Of a stretch of 64,000 nucleotides of DNA, positions 24,991-39,300 are shown piece by piece. The notes beneath the pieces were generated by a model that was not told the DNA's origin, did no database searches, and was given only the letters and a program-made list of their open reading frames with translations. The stretch lies in the NCBI RefSeq assembly GCF_000002075.1, contig NW_004797660.1, positions 327,071 to 391,070 on the forward strand, read 5' to 3'. The DNA comes from Aplysia californica. Taxonomy: Eukaryota. Position 1 is the stretch's first letter. Each line of letters opens with the position of its first letter. Both the position numbers and the translations under genes were made by a program.

Positions 24991-25477
24991 GTTTCTTGGT
25001 AGGTACAAAAGATTGTCAGCTACCAGCCACAGAATTCTACACTTAAATGAAATGAAAATGTGCACACCATGAATCTGATCTGAATCTAAAAATTCCTCTT
25101 GTTGAATAGGGGAGGCCTGTAATAATAGAACACAAAAATTCGAGCTGCCCGTTCAGTTGGGTCAGGGTCCGATTGCTGATTAGTTTTGGGGATTGGGGGA
25201 GGGAGGGGGAGGGGCAGCAGTGACGCATTATTCGCTAGGCCTAACAATAGTAGTCCTAGGCCCGCCTTAGGCCTAATGTTGATCAATCTTTGAAGAAGGC
25301 CTGAGGCCTAGTTGCTAGCGGTGCGAGACTGTGGGCTACACACCCTCTCTGCTACACACAGTAGGCCTACACACTTTCTGTAGATCTGTAATCTGTAGTG
25401 ATCTGACTCTGACCCGAGATAACTCTATGCTCTGACCTAATCACCAATCAGCTGGTGGTAGCATAGAATTCTACACT

Positions 25478-25645
25478 TAATCTAGATCTAGATCTAGATA
25501 TCTAAGCCTCTCGTTCCACCTGCATGACCTGAAGACCATTTTAAAATATTTTAATTGGTGAGGTAGGTTCAATACCAGAGACCAGACCTAATTATTCTAG
25601 ATCTAGATCTAGATCTAGATCTAGATCTAGAATCTAGATGTAGAT
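25478..25645. repeat. (TAGATC)n palindromic microsatellite cluster upstream of the PPT2 coding exons
   Basis: tctagatctagatctagata and ctagatctagatctagatctagatctagatctag; similar clusters at 6398-6610 and 51790-52125. Confidence 0.85.
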
Positions 25646-27323
25646 TCACGCCTAGATTCTTCTATGTAGAAAATTTTCTGTACACACGTAAGATGCCGTT
25701 AATCTTTTAAAACTGTTTGAAAACAAACAACATTTTCTTGAACTTGCACGTTTTAGCGCACATGCCTCCTGTTCACAACTCATAGATAATGTTTTCAAAG
25801 TTGTTTACTATCGTGACACATTGTTGAATTGACTGCTCAGATACATAAGATTCTATAAAAATATAGCAGAGGTGTATCATTTCTAAAGGTATTCATCATG
25901 ACCTAATTTTTTAAATAAAAATAAAAATTATTTATCTCATAACATGAATAATGAAATAAATCTAGATCTAGACTAATTATAAATAAAAGGCACTGCAAGT
26001 GGTTTATTTTCCATATAATTTTATTGCTGTGGTCAGCTGACATTGGGAAGGTAATCTTTGGTTTTTTATCGTCATGGTAATGGAGTCGAGCACAGATTTA
26101 AAAAAAAATCAGGTACAGCTCATATTATATATAATTTGCAATTCCCTGACTGATAATCTCATAAATTTTTGTATTGGATTCTAATTTACGCAAATTACGG
26201 ATATGTGTTGAACACTTTTTTGTCAATCCCTGAAGTGTTTGAGTCATCTGTGTTGGACTGTTTGACTTTTTCTTCAGTCATCATGGTGAAGTCAGGCGCT
26301 TGTCAAAATAATGAAATTAGAGAAACCAACATTTTCAGCTTGATGGGGAAACTGTTATCAGTTTAAGAAAGAAAAAAGAATTGGCTCAACATCTTTTATG
26401 TTTCTATTCAATTTTAAGAACTTTGAATTTCTCTGTGAATTTTGCTGAAAAACATTGATCACAAACACAAAAAAAAGTTAATTTGCAGTTTCTTAGGACA
26501 TTCTAACTTGAGTACCGGTATTCACCACTTTGGTGGCCATTTTCTAATTAATTTTATATCTGAACAAGCGAACCCCACCTCCTTCAATTGCAATACAGTC
26601 AATTTCTATTCTAGAGAGATGGATATTTTTTCATAAGAGCAAGATAAATGAGCAAGCTCTAAGATGATGCCAATAATTCTGTGTATGTATGCCAAAGAAC
26701 TGAAGAGCACCTGATTCTGTGTCATGACACAAATGTTTAGTTTCAACATTACCCAGCAGGGTATGTTATATATTACTTTTAAGAAGAGAAAAGATGAAAT
26801 TGAATATAATACTTTTCCTCTAGCTGGGTTGTTATTTTTTCCCCCTATTTCAGGGAATAAACATTAAACAGGCTTCTGTGATGTAACAATTACACTCACA
26901 CGGCTGCATGTAAAATACTCAAATTTGATCCCACAAGTGGACTAGTCTGTTTTATCAAAAGTATGTCTTTCCAATGTCATCCCAATCTGAGTCGGCCCTG
27001 ACAGATAGGACATGATCAAAGCAGCCAGCTTGAAAAATTTCTTAACTGAGTCGATGGAGACATGAAACATTATATTTACTATCAACATCAGATGAATTGG
27101 AAGTAAAAATAAAATAAATTGCTCTCAGCCTTATGATTGAATGATTGACACCTTTTCTGATTTTCCAAGTCCCTGCACTTTGATCAAACTAGTTATTCAT
27201 GAATAATTCCAACTCATAATAATAATTTTGTTTTTTTTCTTCAGAGCAGACCCTTTGTTGTTGTGAGACTTGCTCTTCAAGAAAGCTGATGACTGACTGA
27301 TCCACTTTGCTTCGATTGCTATC

Positions 27324-30300
27324 ATGGCTTTTGGCTGGAAGCTGCATGTGATACTCTCGTTTTTCTTCATCCTGGCTGCTATAAACAAAGGTGTTGCTGG
27401 GTACAAGCATGTGGTGTTAATGCATGGCATTTTAGCAGGACCAGATGAGTTTGACTATTTTGCTACTCTTGTAAAGCAAGTGAGTTTATATTCTTAAAGA
27501 ACGTGAAAAGTTTGATAATGCAGACACGATGGGTTTCTCCAATATCTATAACTCCTTAATTTAAAAAAAAATTGTTTTCCAGTTTTCAAGCTCATAATGT
27601 GCTCACCATCATTTTGCATGTACTGTTCTGTACATGATATGTGCTCTTCAGTGTAAAATTGCAAAAATCTAAAAGTTTTCTGTCAGAAATTTTGGTGCGT
27701 GGGTCTACTCACTCATGAGGGATCAGTGTAGGGCACCCCAGGATCAAGGGGTTAAAACATTGTTATTTAAAGCTTATTCACTGTGCAAAAATTTGAGAAA
27801 GATAAAAATATTGGAACAGTATAGCTTGGTCACTTTCGTCTAACCACGGTAAAACAAGCTAAACTCAGATCGTTCTGTTTAATCTTCTCAGATCTTTGCA
27901 TGTGGGTCTAAAAGCCCATTGCATTCATAAAGGTAACTGCAAAATAAGGTTCAGACTCGTTTTCTTTGATGTTAGCCTAAAGTGGGTCAAAAGATTATAG
28001 GGGATTTACAGCATACACCCAAAACATTAAAAAGTTTATCTATTTTCCTCAACACAACTTCTACGAATGCCTGTGAAACATGGTCCAACAGGCGAGTGAG
28101 TACTTTTCAACATTCACATGGAAACATTTTGACCGTTGTGGGATGAAATCTTCAAGCTAACACTGAAATGTGGATGGTGTTGCTGTGTCAAAATGAGCAA
28201 TTTGTAGTTTGTAGGCTAGGTTACCGTAAATCATTTATGGTAGTCAGCCTATCTATGCACCCTAAGAGTGGTTTTTATATGGCCCAAATAGAAAAAACTC
28301 TGTTATTAATTGGTTAATTTTTTTTTTCCAAAATTTTTGTTTGGTAGCTGTCAATGCAAAGTTTTATGGACACATGGGTATATTAATGACCTAGAATTTT
28401 TCTAAAGTGGACTGACAAAAGTGAACAAGCTATAGTAATCACTGTTTCATCACTACAGATGACAGACAATAAACTTTCTGCAGTGTTGTTCATATTATAT
28501 CTTTTCATGATGCTGCATACATCTTATCTGTCCACCTCCTGAGAGAAAGTGATGGCAGCAGAGAAAATAAAGAAAGAGGAAAGGATTCATGTTCTCCTCT
28601 CAAAATACAGGAGCAGGGCATATGTTGATACAAATGGTTGGCATGTTCCTACACACATTCATTGACTGAAAAAAATATTCCCTTGAAATATGATTTTACC
28701 TTTTCCATCTATTTGAAGAACCATACCCACTCAGTGTGCTCCCTTTCTGAAAGAGAAAGTATGCTGAAAGAGCATCTTAAGCTTGAAACATAGCTTATTA
28801 AATAGTTATGAGCTTTAATGCTTTTGCCTTATGGTGATCAAACTTTTGAATTGAACTGTTTTCTTTTGTAATGAAAATGACAAACCATGCAAGTCCTGAA
28901 ATGTGAGGACTGTTGTATGAGGTAGCCATGATGTTGTGTTCATTTCTTAAAATATTAAATGTTAAAATTATCTTCAACAAGGTAGGCCCATTTTGCAAAT
29001 GAAAAGACAAAAAGTGAGCAGGGATTTATGATATCTATTCACACTCCTTGAAAATACATCAGTGCTTTACTCTATATTCTCAAAACATGTGCTGACATGG
29101 TCCTGTGGGATACGCTGCGTCATGGAGTCTTAATTTTCGCTTTTGTAACTCTCCATTCAGGAACCTTTATAATTGTATGGGGATTTTTCATCAAAAAAAT
29201 ATTTTTCCATCACGTGTCAATTGTTAGTGCTTTTGTGATGACATAATATAAGAAAGTGATGATCTGGATTTATGATGTACTAATCCTCTTCCCATTCGTT
29301 TAACTGGGGCTCTGCTGTACTGACTGTTCCTTTAGGCTTATCCTGGCACTCCTGTCACACAAATCGATGCCTTTAACCACCTGGAAAGTTTGACAACCAT
29401 GTGGGATCAGGTGGACAAGATCTCAAAACTGGTCTCACCGATCTTGACCAATTCATCAAGTGGGACTGTTTTGGTCTGTTTTTCTCAAGGTAAGTGCTGC
29501 TGATTTGTCAGTAGAAATGTTTTTGGTGTATATCTACGTTTCAATCTTTTATACTTGAGTTACATTAACCTTTTATCTTTTTTTGGGGGGGTCCCTCTAT
29601 TCTGGGGCCCTCTCTCGGTACAAAACCTAAAAGTGGTGTATGCATCACTAAATTGGTCATTAAATCAAAACAAATGAACCTATTTTGATACTTCTTCATC
29701 TCATTAAAGAACTCCCGGCAGAAATAATTGTTTTCAGCATTTCCGAAAACCAATATATAACGTCAAAGTCATTGTTAACGAATGTGCCTGAACCGCTGCC
29801 AACATCTCACCGGCACAGCGGTTCTGACTGCAAGCTGATGGTAGCTGCTTGCCGGAGATAAGGAGTTAAAAAAGTGCACACTTAAATCATTTAGACAATC
29901 AAGGAACTCTGTCCACTTTTAATCACAGCCACCGTCAAGGATGTGGTTTATTTCCAAAACCAGATTGAGTTGCAATGTTACAAAAGTACCATGGTAGTTA
30001 CCTTTCTCTCAATGAACATAATTTTAAGTTTTGTTTCTTCCTAACCAAGTACCTTTCAAACCAACAGCTTTCTGCTGTGTAGAATTAGAATGCAACACCC
30101 CTCTTTGATTTCACTTTAGAAGTTTTGGAGAAAGGACTTTCAAGACAGTATACACTTGCAAGTTATGCATATTTTCCTTTTTATTTGTATTTTCCCTTCT
30201 TGAATATGAATATTGACTTTAGAGATTGGGAAAAGTGCTTTTTTGAATAAAAAGAACAAATTTAATTAATGGTGACCGCCTGTTTGGCAGGGTTGATTTT

Positions 30301-33300
30301 AGATTTATCAAACGGGGGCCTTCACATTATTAAGTGGAAGGATGATTAAGGTATTCTGTATGTCTGTTGTATGGTACTGATCTGTCAATGAATCTGTTTG
30401 TACACTAGAGCAATGTCAAGATGGAGAGAAAAGAAATTAAGCTTCAATGGATGGAAAGAAGAGAAGGAAAAAGGGAGGGCAAAGATGTGTGTTTCTCTTC
30501 CTTTTCTGTTTGATTGAATTATTTAAAAAGCATAAGACCCTTTATATAAAGAACAGATTTGTCTCTTCTTGTCTTAGAATGCCCCCCTCCCAATTCTGTA
30601 ATTGAACAAGGAGCTGAAGTATGTGCTTTGAATTAATACATTTCTGTGTAGAAATAACAGCGTTGAACTCAAGTAGAGCAAAAGGTAAAACATGACATGA
30701 AAAATAATGGCACCCCTAATAACAGACCTTATTTTCTGTAACCAGTAAATTACATCTCAACCCTATGTATATTTTGTACATAGGTGGTCTCATTTGCAGA
30801 GGTCTCCTGGCTACAATACCACACAATGTGGAGACTTTCATCAGTCTCAGTTCTCCACTTGCTGGCCAGTTTGGAGGTAAGATGGTTTTTAAATAAATGG
30901 AGTAATAGATCCATTTTCACCTTTTTGTTATTAATTTTATGTCGAGGCAGTATTGACCCAATATAACAGTGAAATTGTTTTTGAAAAATTGTGCTGTGCC
31001 TTGTTTTCTTATCCAGCAGTGGCTGCCTAAGATTCAAGTGTTCTAGAGTTTAATATATATAGGGTCTGACCTTCAATTTCGTTGAATCCGAGTGTTCGAT
31101 ACAGCAAACATGAGGTTTTTGTGGAGAACAAGTAATGTATAGATAATCATAATGCATTTGACTTTCTCAAGAAAAAGTAGTTTGGTTTCAAATTAGAGGC
31201 ATTTTCGTTTCTTTGATGCTGTACCACCATACCATAGAAATGCTGGACATTTCTTGAAAAATACACTGAACTCTGCCAAGCACACACTTAAAATGCTCGC
31301 CTATGTCATCTATCATCTATAACGTTGTATTTGCCGAACAAGTTATGTTGCTGTGTAAAGCCTACCATATGGCAATGTTTGATTCCTCAGTCCAGGGCGC
31401 AATTCATTACGTACATCTATGTCAAGATTATCTTATCATTGTAACGTTGATCAGTTGGCGGAAAAAAAAATGATGCACTTGTATCTTTACTGATGTTCCA
31501 CACCTAGACCGCCTTTGCACAGACAAACTCACAGTCATGTGTGGTGGTCGTCTTTCTGACCTTGACCCTTGCTAAGACATGTGTGCGAGCTAACAACGTG
31601 TGTTTTGGTATGAAAGAAGGCTGCTGGTTGGTCACCTAAGACAAACAATATACTAAGCCAATAATGGTTCACGATGCAGTTAAAATGAATGGTTTTCAGG
31701 AATAGATATGGCTCATTATGGTAGGAAAATAAGCGAATCCACGTCAGCAGGGCTGGTTGATACTGCAAGCGATTTCGTTGAATCCAAGCATGCTCATTTA
31801 TGTGTTTGTTGAATCCGATTTATTTTTATTAATTTTTATAAATAAAAAAAACGGGGAACCCAATCCATTTTGTTAAATCCGAGTTTTCTTTGAATCTGAG
31901 TCAGTTGAATCCCAGTTCCACTGTAGCACAATCCAAAGTCAAGTAAGAATAATCTTATCTCTCTGTAAACTAACTCAGAGTGAAAGAGCTGTTGATCTCA
32001 CTACCAATTAGATTTGTCTTAACGTGTAGTAATTATCCAGTCTTGTGCTAGGAAACATCTGAAGTCCATTCTCTTTGCTCTCACTCCCATCCTGCTGTGA
32101 CTCCTGCATCAAATTTTGACAGGTCCTTTGATAGTAGTGGTATTGCTTTTGTTTGTGATACCCAAGGCATACAATTAATTTTCTAATTTAAATATACTTC
32201 ATGAGAGTGGTCTTCAACTTCTTTGACAACTTATCTCTCCTCAGACACGGATTATTTGAAGTTTTTCTTTCCTTACTACGTCAAAGAAAACATTTACAAG
32301 TAAGTCTGACATTTACTTTTGTAGGCCCTTACCCTGAGAACAATTATTATAAACTGTATCTACACATTGCCTCTTTGTTTACATGCCAGTGTTTCCTTTT
32401 CCCTCTTTTAACACAATCTTATTTTTGTTTTTGAAGTCTGATTCAATATGGGGAATTGTAATGAAGGACAATTGTGGTACAAAATAGTATTAAAAATTAG
32501 AGCAATAGAAGTAAAGCTTTTCATGTTTATATTCTAGCCAGACACTCTTTGTTCTTCCGTTAAAAAGTTTTGTGGTGTACAAAGTCTAAGTCTAGCCTAG
32601 TTTACATTCAGGTGATCTGGAGGAGAGATTACTCTGTCACATTGGCATGACCCAGGCATAGCGTCACCTGTGTTACTGGATCAATGAATACATTAAGTTC
32701 AATCCCTTTTGACTTTCACAGGTCGAACAAAACAGACCTTGTCAGAACTAAAATTTCGCTCATTCAAAACATTGAATGCAGCTTTGAACTTTTAGCTTTT
32801 TTTCTTCTATTGTTAGTTTTTTATTGAATTTTTAAAATATTTTTTTTTGGGGGGGGGGGGTATTATACAACACCCTTCATCTCTTTTGTTCTGACAAATG
32901 TGACCTGAAGGCTATCCCAGTGGCCACACTGAGGAAAAGATGCTTCTGGTCAGTGGTTGTATGCTGTACCAGTGTGCAAGTGGTTATGTATTGTTATGGG
33001 AATTTCTTGTTGCAACTTTTTAGGCTGTTCTACACTGAAGTTGGACAGGTCTTTTCTGTTGGTGGATACTGGAAGGGTGAGTGCATACCTCTGGCAAACT
33101 TAGTTCTTTTTGTTATTTGATGCTTTCATTATTTTCACATTTTTTTTACAATTCTTACTGCCCTTCATTTTTAAGGAAGGTGATAATCGCTAGCAAGTGC
33201 TTTTTAAAAAAAATTTGAGCTGATATTTTTTTTCTAAACTCGTAGTGTCTTCTGTTTACAGATCGGTGTCATCAGTGTTGAGTAAGCACTTAATGACTCA

Positions 33301-36300
33301 CAGTATTATATCATGACTCACAGTATTATATCATGACTCTCAGTATTATATCATGATGACTTCAGTTGTTATTCTGCAATGAGAGACAATCCTACCCGCT
33401 TATAATATAAAGTCTCAAGAACATTCTATATGAAGTTTATAGAAATTGTTTTCGAGGTCTGAGGCGGCTTTGGGTATGGATAAAATACTTGATATTCCTC
33501 AGTTGCTCATTCCTTTGTCTTTAACATTAACTTTTTATGTCTATAGCTTGTTCACTTTCATCTGACCGCATTTAAAAAATTCTAGCTCATTGAGCTCATG
33601 TGCCCACGAAACTTTGCATGGCTCTTCTGCAGGCCAGCGACCAAACAAAACTATTTTTAAAAAAAATCTTCACCATGTAATAAAAAGTTTTTCTCTTTGG
33701 GCCCTATATTAAGCACCACTCTTTGGATGCATACACAGGATCACTAAATTAAATGACTTACAGTTGCCTTGCCTACAAATCACTCATTTTGAGACAGCGA
33801 CACCCCCCTGCCTCCACATTTCAGTGTAAGCTTGTAGATTTCATCTCCCGGCTGTCTAGACGTCTCCATGTGCTCCACGTGAGTCTAAAAAAATACTCAC
33901 CCCGTCTCTTGAATCCTGTTTCTTAGGTGAACGTTGAAGAGTGATGTTGAAGAAAATATGTCACTTTTTCAATGTTTTTGGTGCATGCTGTAAGTCCTCT
34001 ATTATGTTTTTGACCCGCTTTAGGCATACATCAAAGAAAACGTGTCGGAACCTTAGTTTGCAGTGACTTTTATAAAATGGGCTTTTAGATTCTGTTGGTC
34101 GCTTGACTTTTAGACCAGCATTCAAAGACCCAGAAAGAACAGAACGCTTTGTTTTTATCCCGTTTTAACGGTGGTCAGACAAAGGTGAACGAGCTATAAC
34201 ATTTGGATATCTATAGTGGAAGTTTCTTTTATGTTACATATATATCACCTTGATAATGTGTTTGAGAATTTGGACACTTATTAGTTTTGTATGTATAAGT
34301 TGTATTGGGTGTATTGAGTTAAGAGAATATCTCTCTGAAAATTCTGTTAGATACGAATTTCTAAATCCCATGTCAAATAAACCAGCACATGATTTCTACT
34401 TTAACCCAATAGACTTTAAAAAAATCATTCCCCTCACAGTGTTTCATAGCCCTATAATATTGAAAATGTTTAATAGTTTTAGCTAGACCAAAATTAAAAT
34501 AAAAGAACATTTATATTACTTTTTTTTTTCTTGGTCAAATTTCATTTTTGGAATGTGAGTAATATGTCATACTCACATATCTTCATGTCATATACAGCTG
34601 CCAAATCTCTTGTGCTTTCATTTTGTTCTTCTGTGCCCATTCACACATTCAGCATGTAAGAGAATGTATAATTGAACATAGAATATACACACTGTGATGG
34701 ACATCTGTACTGTTGGTCCTTTATTCTGTATACAGTCGAACCTGTCCAATACTGGGAATTTGTCAAAACGGAATCTCCCCGCTGTGTGCTTGATAAATTC
34801 CTCTGTGATACACCTGTCTAGGAGTTAAACCTACTCAACACAGAAACAGAAAGAGAAACTCCTCCCTTTTTGAGGGTTATGGTCTATGTAAAATGGAAAT
34901 GGGTTTGCTTGCGTAGCCTTGATTTGAAATTAAACTCCCAAGTTTGGTGCCATCGGTTTGAACCATAATGCCAGGCCGCAAGGCATGTGATTTTTGAGGG
35001 ACTTAGTTGGTCAGAAAGTCCAGTACAAACATCGCAAGACAGTCACTGCAGTGGAACCCACAGGGAGCATAAGGCAAGGGTAGGCCACGGGAAACATGGA
35101 GGAGATGTGTGGAATAAAGGGACATGAGAAAGATGAAGCTCTCTTAGAATTGGAAGGAAAGCCCAAAGGAGCTTGTATGTGGCATGTACCCTGCCAGGGG
35201 GGGGAGGGGAGGCATTGATAATAGTTGGTCAGGATGGCGTGGGCATGACATTTCACCATTGCTTGTGAAAGTACTTCAGTGGCGCTCCAGCACAATACTT
35301 TCCAGGGTAACGAGATGTAAAAAATTGATTTGATCACTTCCTGCCACCTTGATTGTACAGCTAGCCCAGAAAAAAGTTCCTGGAATCTTTATTATAATTA
35401 TGCATGGGAGAAGTGGCATTGTTGATTGCACTTATGACATAAATAGGTGGGGGCTAAGTGTGAAAACAAAGAAAAAGTTTGTTTATTTTTTATTGGTCAA
35501 ACAGTAGTCCAATGAGATGCACGAACTGATAGCAATGGATAAATAGTACTGATACATGGCATTATCAGAGAAGTTATGACAGCACTTGTGAGGTGGGAAG
35601 TTTTCACTACTGCTTGTGGACTGGACAGGCAACCCTTGATCCCAACATTAGCTGGCTGGCTCTTTGGGACCTCCCCCCCCCTTACACACACACACCCTCC
35701 GCCCTAAATTTCCCTGTGAAAGACAAAAAATGTCTAAAACTTAATTTTATTCTGGCTCTCTTACAGTTTGGTCGTGGACAGGTTTGACTGTAGGCCTATA
35801 TTATACCAGTACCAGTATTTGAATAGTAGGCCTACATTCTGTGATATATGTTCTTAGCTGTTCTTGTTTTTAGCAATTGTGCTATTTGTTGCCTGTATCT
35901 TTATGTTTTCATTATTGTAATGAATTCCCAAAAATTTCAACTTGTACTCTTTAACCTCTGCAGATCCTCATGAGCAAAAATTGTTCCAGAAATTTTCAAC
36001 TTACCTGGCAACTTTGAACAACCAGTCTGACACTTTCAACCCAAAGAGTCATGGTAAGATTCTTGTGCAGTGTTGCCAAAGTCAATTTCTAAGCCTTATA
36101 AAAAAAAAAATATGTTTAAGCTTTTCTATGAATCTACCTTTTTCAGAGATTTCTAAAAGTTTAAAACCCGTTCTCAAGATGAGTGTGTTTGTCTGTTACA
36201 GAGTTCAAAGAAAACTTCCTGAGACTGAAAAACATTGTGATGGTTGGTGGACCTGATGATGGAGTCATTACACCATGGCAGTCTAGGTATGTGCCTCTAG

Positions 36301-39300
36301 GTGTGAGGGTCTTAACTCTCTATAACCCCGGGGGGACGATGGGAGCGTCCAGTGAAACTCGTATGGTCCCCAAGTGGACTGTCCCAGCGTCCCCTGAGAT
36401 CGTAGAGTACATGAAGCATTACTGCTAATGTTATCTCTTATGAATCCTAATAGATTATTTTTTACTTGGAAGTGATAGATAAATGTATGAACTACTTCCT
36501 CTTTCACGTTGACACAGTTTTAGCTCTTTTATGAATATTTTGCATGTATACCTCATTATGTGTTTCACAAGATCTTGAAAAAATTCCATTGAAAATGTAG
36601 ACAATAATTCTGGGGTTAAAAAGTTAAGCTGGGTTCTGCAGTGATATTGTGAATGAATGAGTGGTAAATTGAATGAATATTTGATAAGTGAATTCATAAG
36701 TGAGCAACTGAAGGGAAAAAGAATTTTGTCGGGAGAGTTGAACTTGCATCTAGAGGGAATAAGAAAAGTGCTTGTTACCTTTTGCTCTAGCACAGATCAG
36801 CTCAACATATCTCTTCAGTTTTATCCTTACTATTTGCATGATTAAGCTGTGGGGGATTTTAAAAGATTCTGCTTTCCTTTTTGTCACATACAGTTGCACA
36901 CACACTTAGCAAAATCGGCGGGAAGCGGAAATCTTTTCTTTTTGTACGAATTTTGCTATGTACTTGTTATGAATACAATGAATATACATGGTGTGTAATG
37001 AAAAATTCCATGCAGGAAAATCTGTTTGCTGTGTGCATGTTGGCTATGTGCATGCTAGACTATATTTCATTCTTCATTTCCTTTTGTGTTTTTTGTTCTC
37101 ACAGTCAGTTTGGTATGTACAATGCCTCAGAGAAAGTGCTGCCCATGGAAAAGCAAGAAGTGAGTTTTGTTACACATTCCGCAATATGTAGGTAAATCTT
37201 AGTTCCACTGTTGGTTACAAGGATCTAGTCCCAATGAAGTTTAAGTAGCTGAAAGATGTACTTTAAAATCCCCTTTAACTCTTTATCATCAGAGAGGTTT
37301 TTCCTACTATGTCGGATGCGTCTCCTCACATCACTAAATTGGTCATTGAATGAAATCAATTGAACCTATTTTGATAGTTCCTCGTCTAATAAAAGAACTC
37401 CCGGTAAGAGAAACTTATTTTCAGTTGTTACCAAATATTACTAATAAAAATAATAGATAGCATTTATACTGCGCATTTCCATTTTCTAAAAAATGCTCAG
37501 TGCGCGTTACAATCATAAAAATATCACATTTTAAAAAATGAATAGGGGGCTCTCGTGGCCTAGAGGTTAAAGTGTTGGCCTCTCATTCAAAGGTCCCGGG
37601 TTCGAATCCGGATAGTGACTGACAAATTTTCTTCTCTAAAATTTTTCCTTTCACCTCCTTTCCTGCTCTCTTGCAATGTTCTGTCGTCTGCTTTCATTTC
37701 CACTTTCTGCCCCCACCCCCTCACCTCCTTTGCCCCCTCCTCTGGGCTCCTGACTCTTTCTGCAGCCTTTCTACTGCTACTCCTTGGCTGCTCTTTACTG
37801 CTGTCTTTCTGCCACACCCCTGATCTTCTGGTTGGAAAGATCTACACCTAGCCTTCTCGGACAAGGGCGAAAAATGTCGGAGGGCCTGTGTGCAAGTTGC
37901 GCACGTTAAAGATCCCATGGTGGTCTAAAATCGATAAGAGTAGGCTTCGGCCGCCACCCGGGCAAAATTCAAAATTTCCTACCAACTGAAAATATTAGGT
38001 GTGTCCCGCGCACTTATATTACCTTATGCAGTTGCGAGCGTTGTAAAACTTTTTACAAAAACAAAAAAAGCAACCAAAAAAACAAACAATGAATGTACAT
38101 GTGTGTATGTAAAACATAATATGATGAATGTATGTGTATTTGTCATGTATAAAAAATTTCTATGAGAAAATTAGTCTGGCAGTGAGCCTGGCAATGCATG
38201 CACTAAATGCACTGAAAAAAATGTAGAATNNNNNNNNNNNNNNNNNNNNNNNNNNNNNNNNNNNNNNNNNNNNNNNNNNNNNNNNNNNNNNNNNNNNNNN
38301 NNNNNNNNNNNNNNNNNNNNNNNNNNNNNNNNNNNNNNNNNNNNNNNNNNNNNNNNNNNNNNNNNNNNNNNNNNNNNNNNNNNNNNNNNNNNNNNNNNNN
38401 NNNNNNNNNNNNNNTGTATCAAAATAAGTAAAAGTTCATCGTTATATCAAGTATGCTCTTGTGAATAAGTAATGCTTCAGCTGTATTTTGAAAATGTGAT
38501 TATTGGGCCATGGGGACTGGGTAGAGAGAATGAACGCGGGGAACGACTGGTAGAATGGTGCAGAGAAAATAATTTTATGATATCAAACACCTGGTATGAA
38601 AATCACTCAAGAAGAAGATACACTTGGAAGGGTCCTGACTATAGAAGTAGAAATCAAATAGACTTCATACTTTTTCAGAAATGTTTTAGAAACACAATAA
38701 AATCATCTAAATCAATGCCTGGAGCAGACTGTGATAGTGATCATGTACCAGTCATGTATAAAATCCGGATACGACTAAAGAAACTCAAAAAGTCAAAGTA
38801 TGAACATAAATTTGACATAGGTCTTTTAAAGACAAATCAAGAAATGAAAGAACGCTTCTCCATAGATGTAAGAAATAAATTTCAAGCTTTGGAAAACATT
38901 ACTAAATCGGAAGAACTATGGAGGAAAATGAAAGACTCAATAATGGAAGCTGTGGAAGAAAATATCCCCCCGAAAGCTAAAAAAGCAAATAAAAAATGGA
39001 TGACCCAGGACATATTAAACCTAATGGAAGAGAGAAGAAAGGCAAAATCAAATGTAGAAAAGTACAACATCTTAAACAGGGAAATAAAGAAAAAATGCAA
39101 CGAAGCAAAAGAAACATGGATAAACGATCAGTGTCAACAAATAGAGAAGAACCAAAACAAAGACAGCAAATACATGCATTCAAAAATCAAAGAAGTAAGT
39201 GGGATAAAAGGATGCTCAAATACAGGATGCATAAGATCAAAGGGAGGGGATATTTTAATGGACAACGGGGATGTCTTAAACAGATGGTCAGAATACATAG

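Noticed and set aside
37545-37620. tRNA gene
   Set aside because: A/B boxes are present, but the sequence continues into a SINE body found six times and has no proper acceptor stem.
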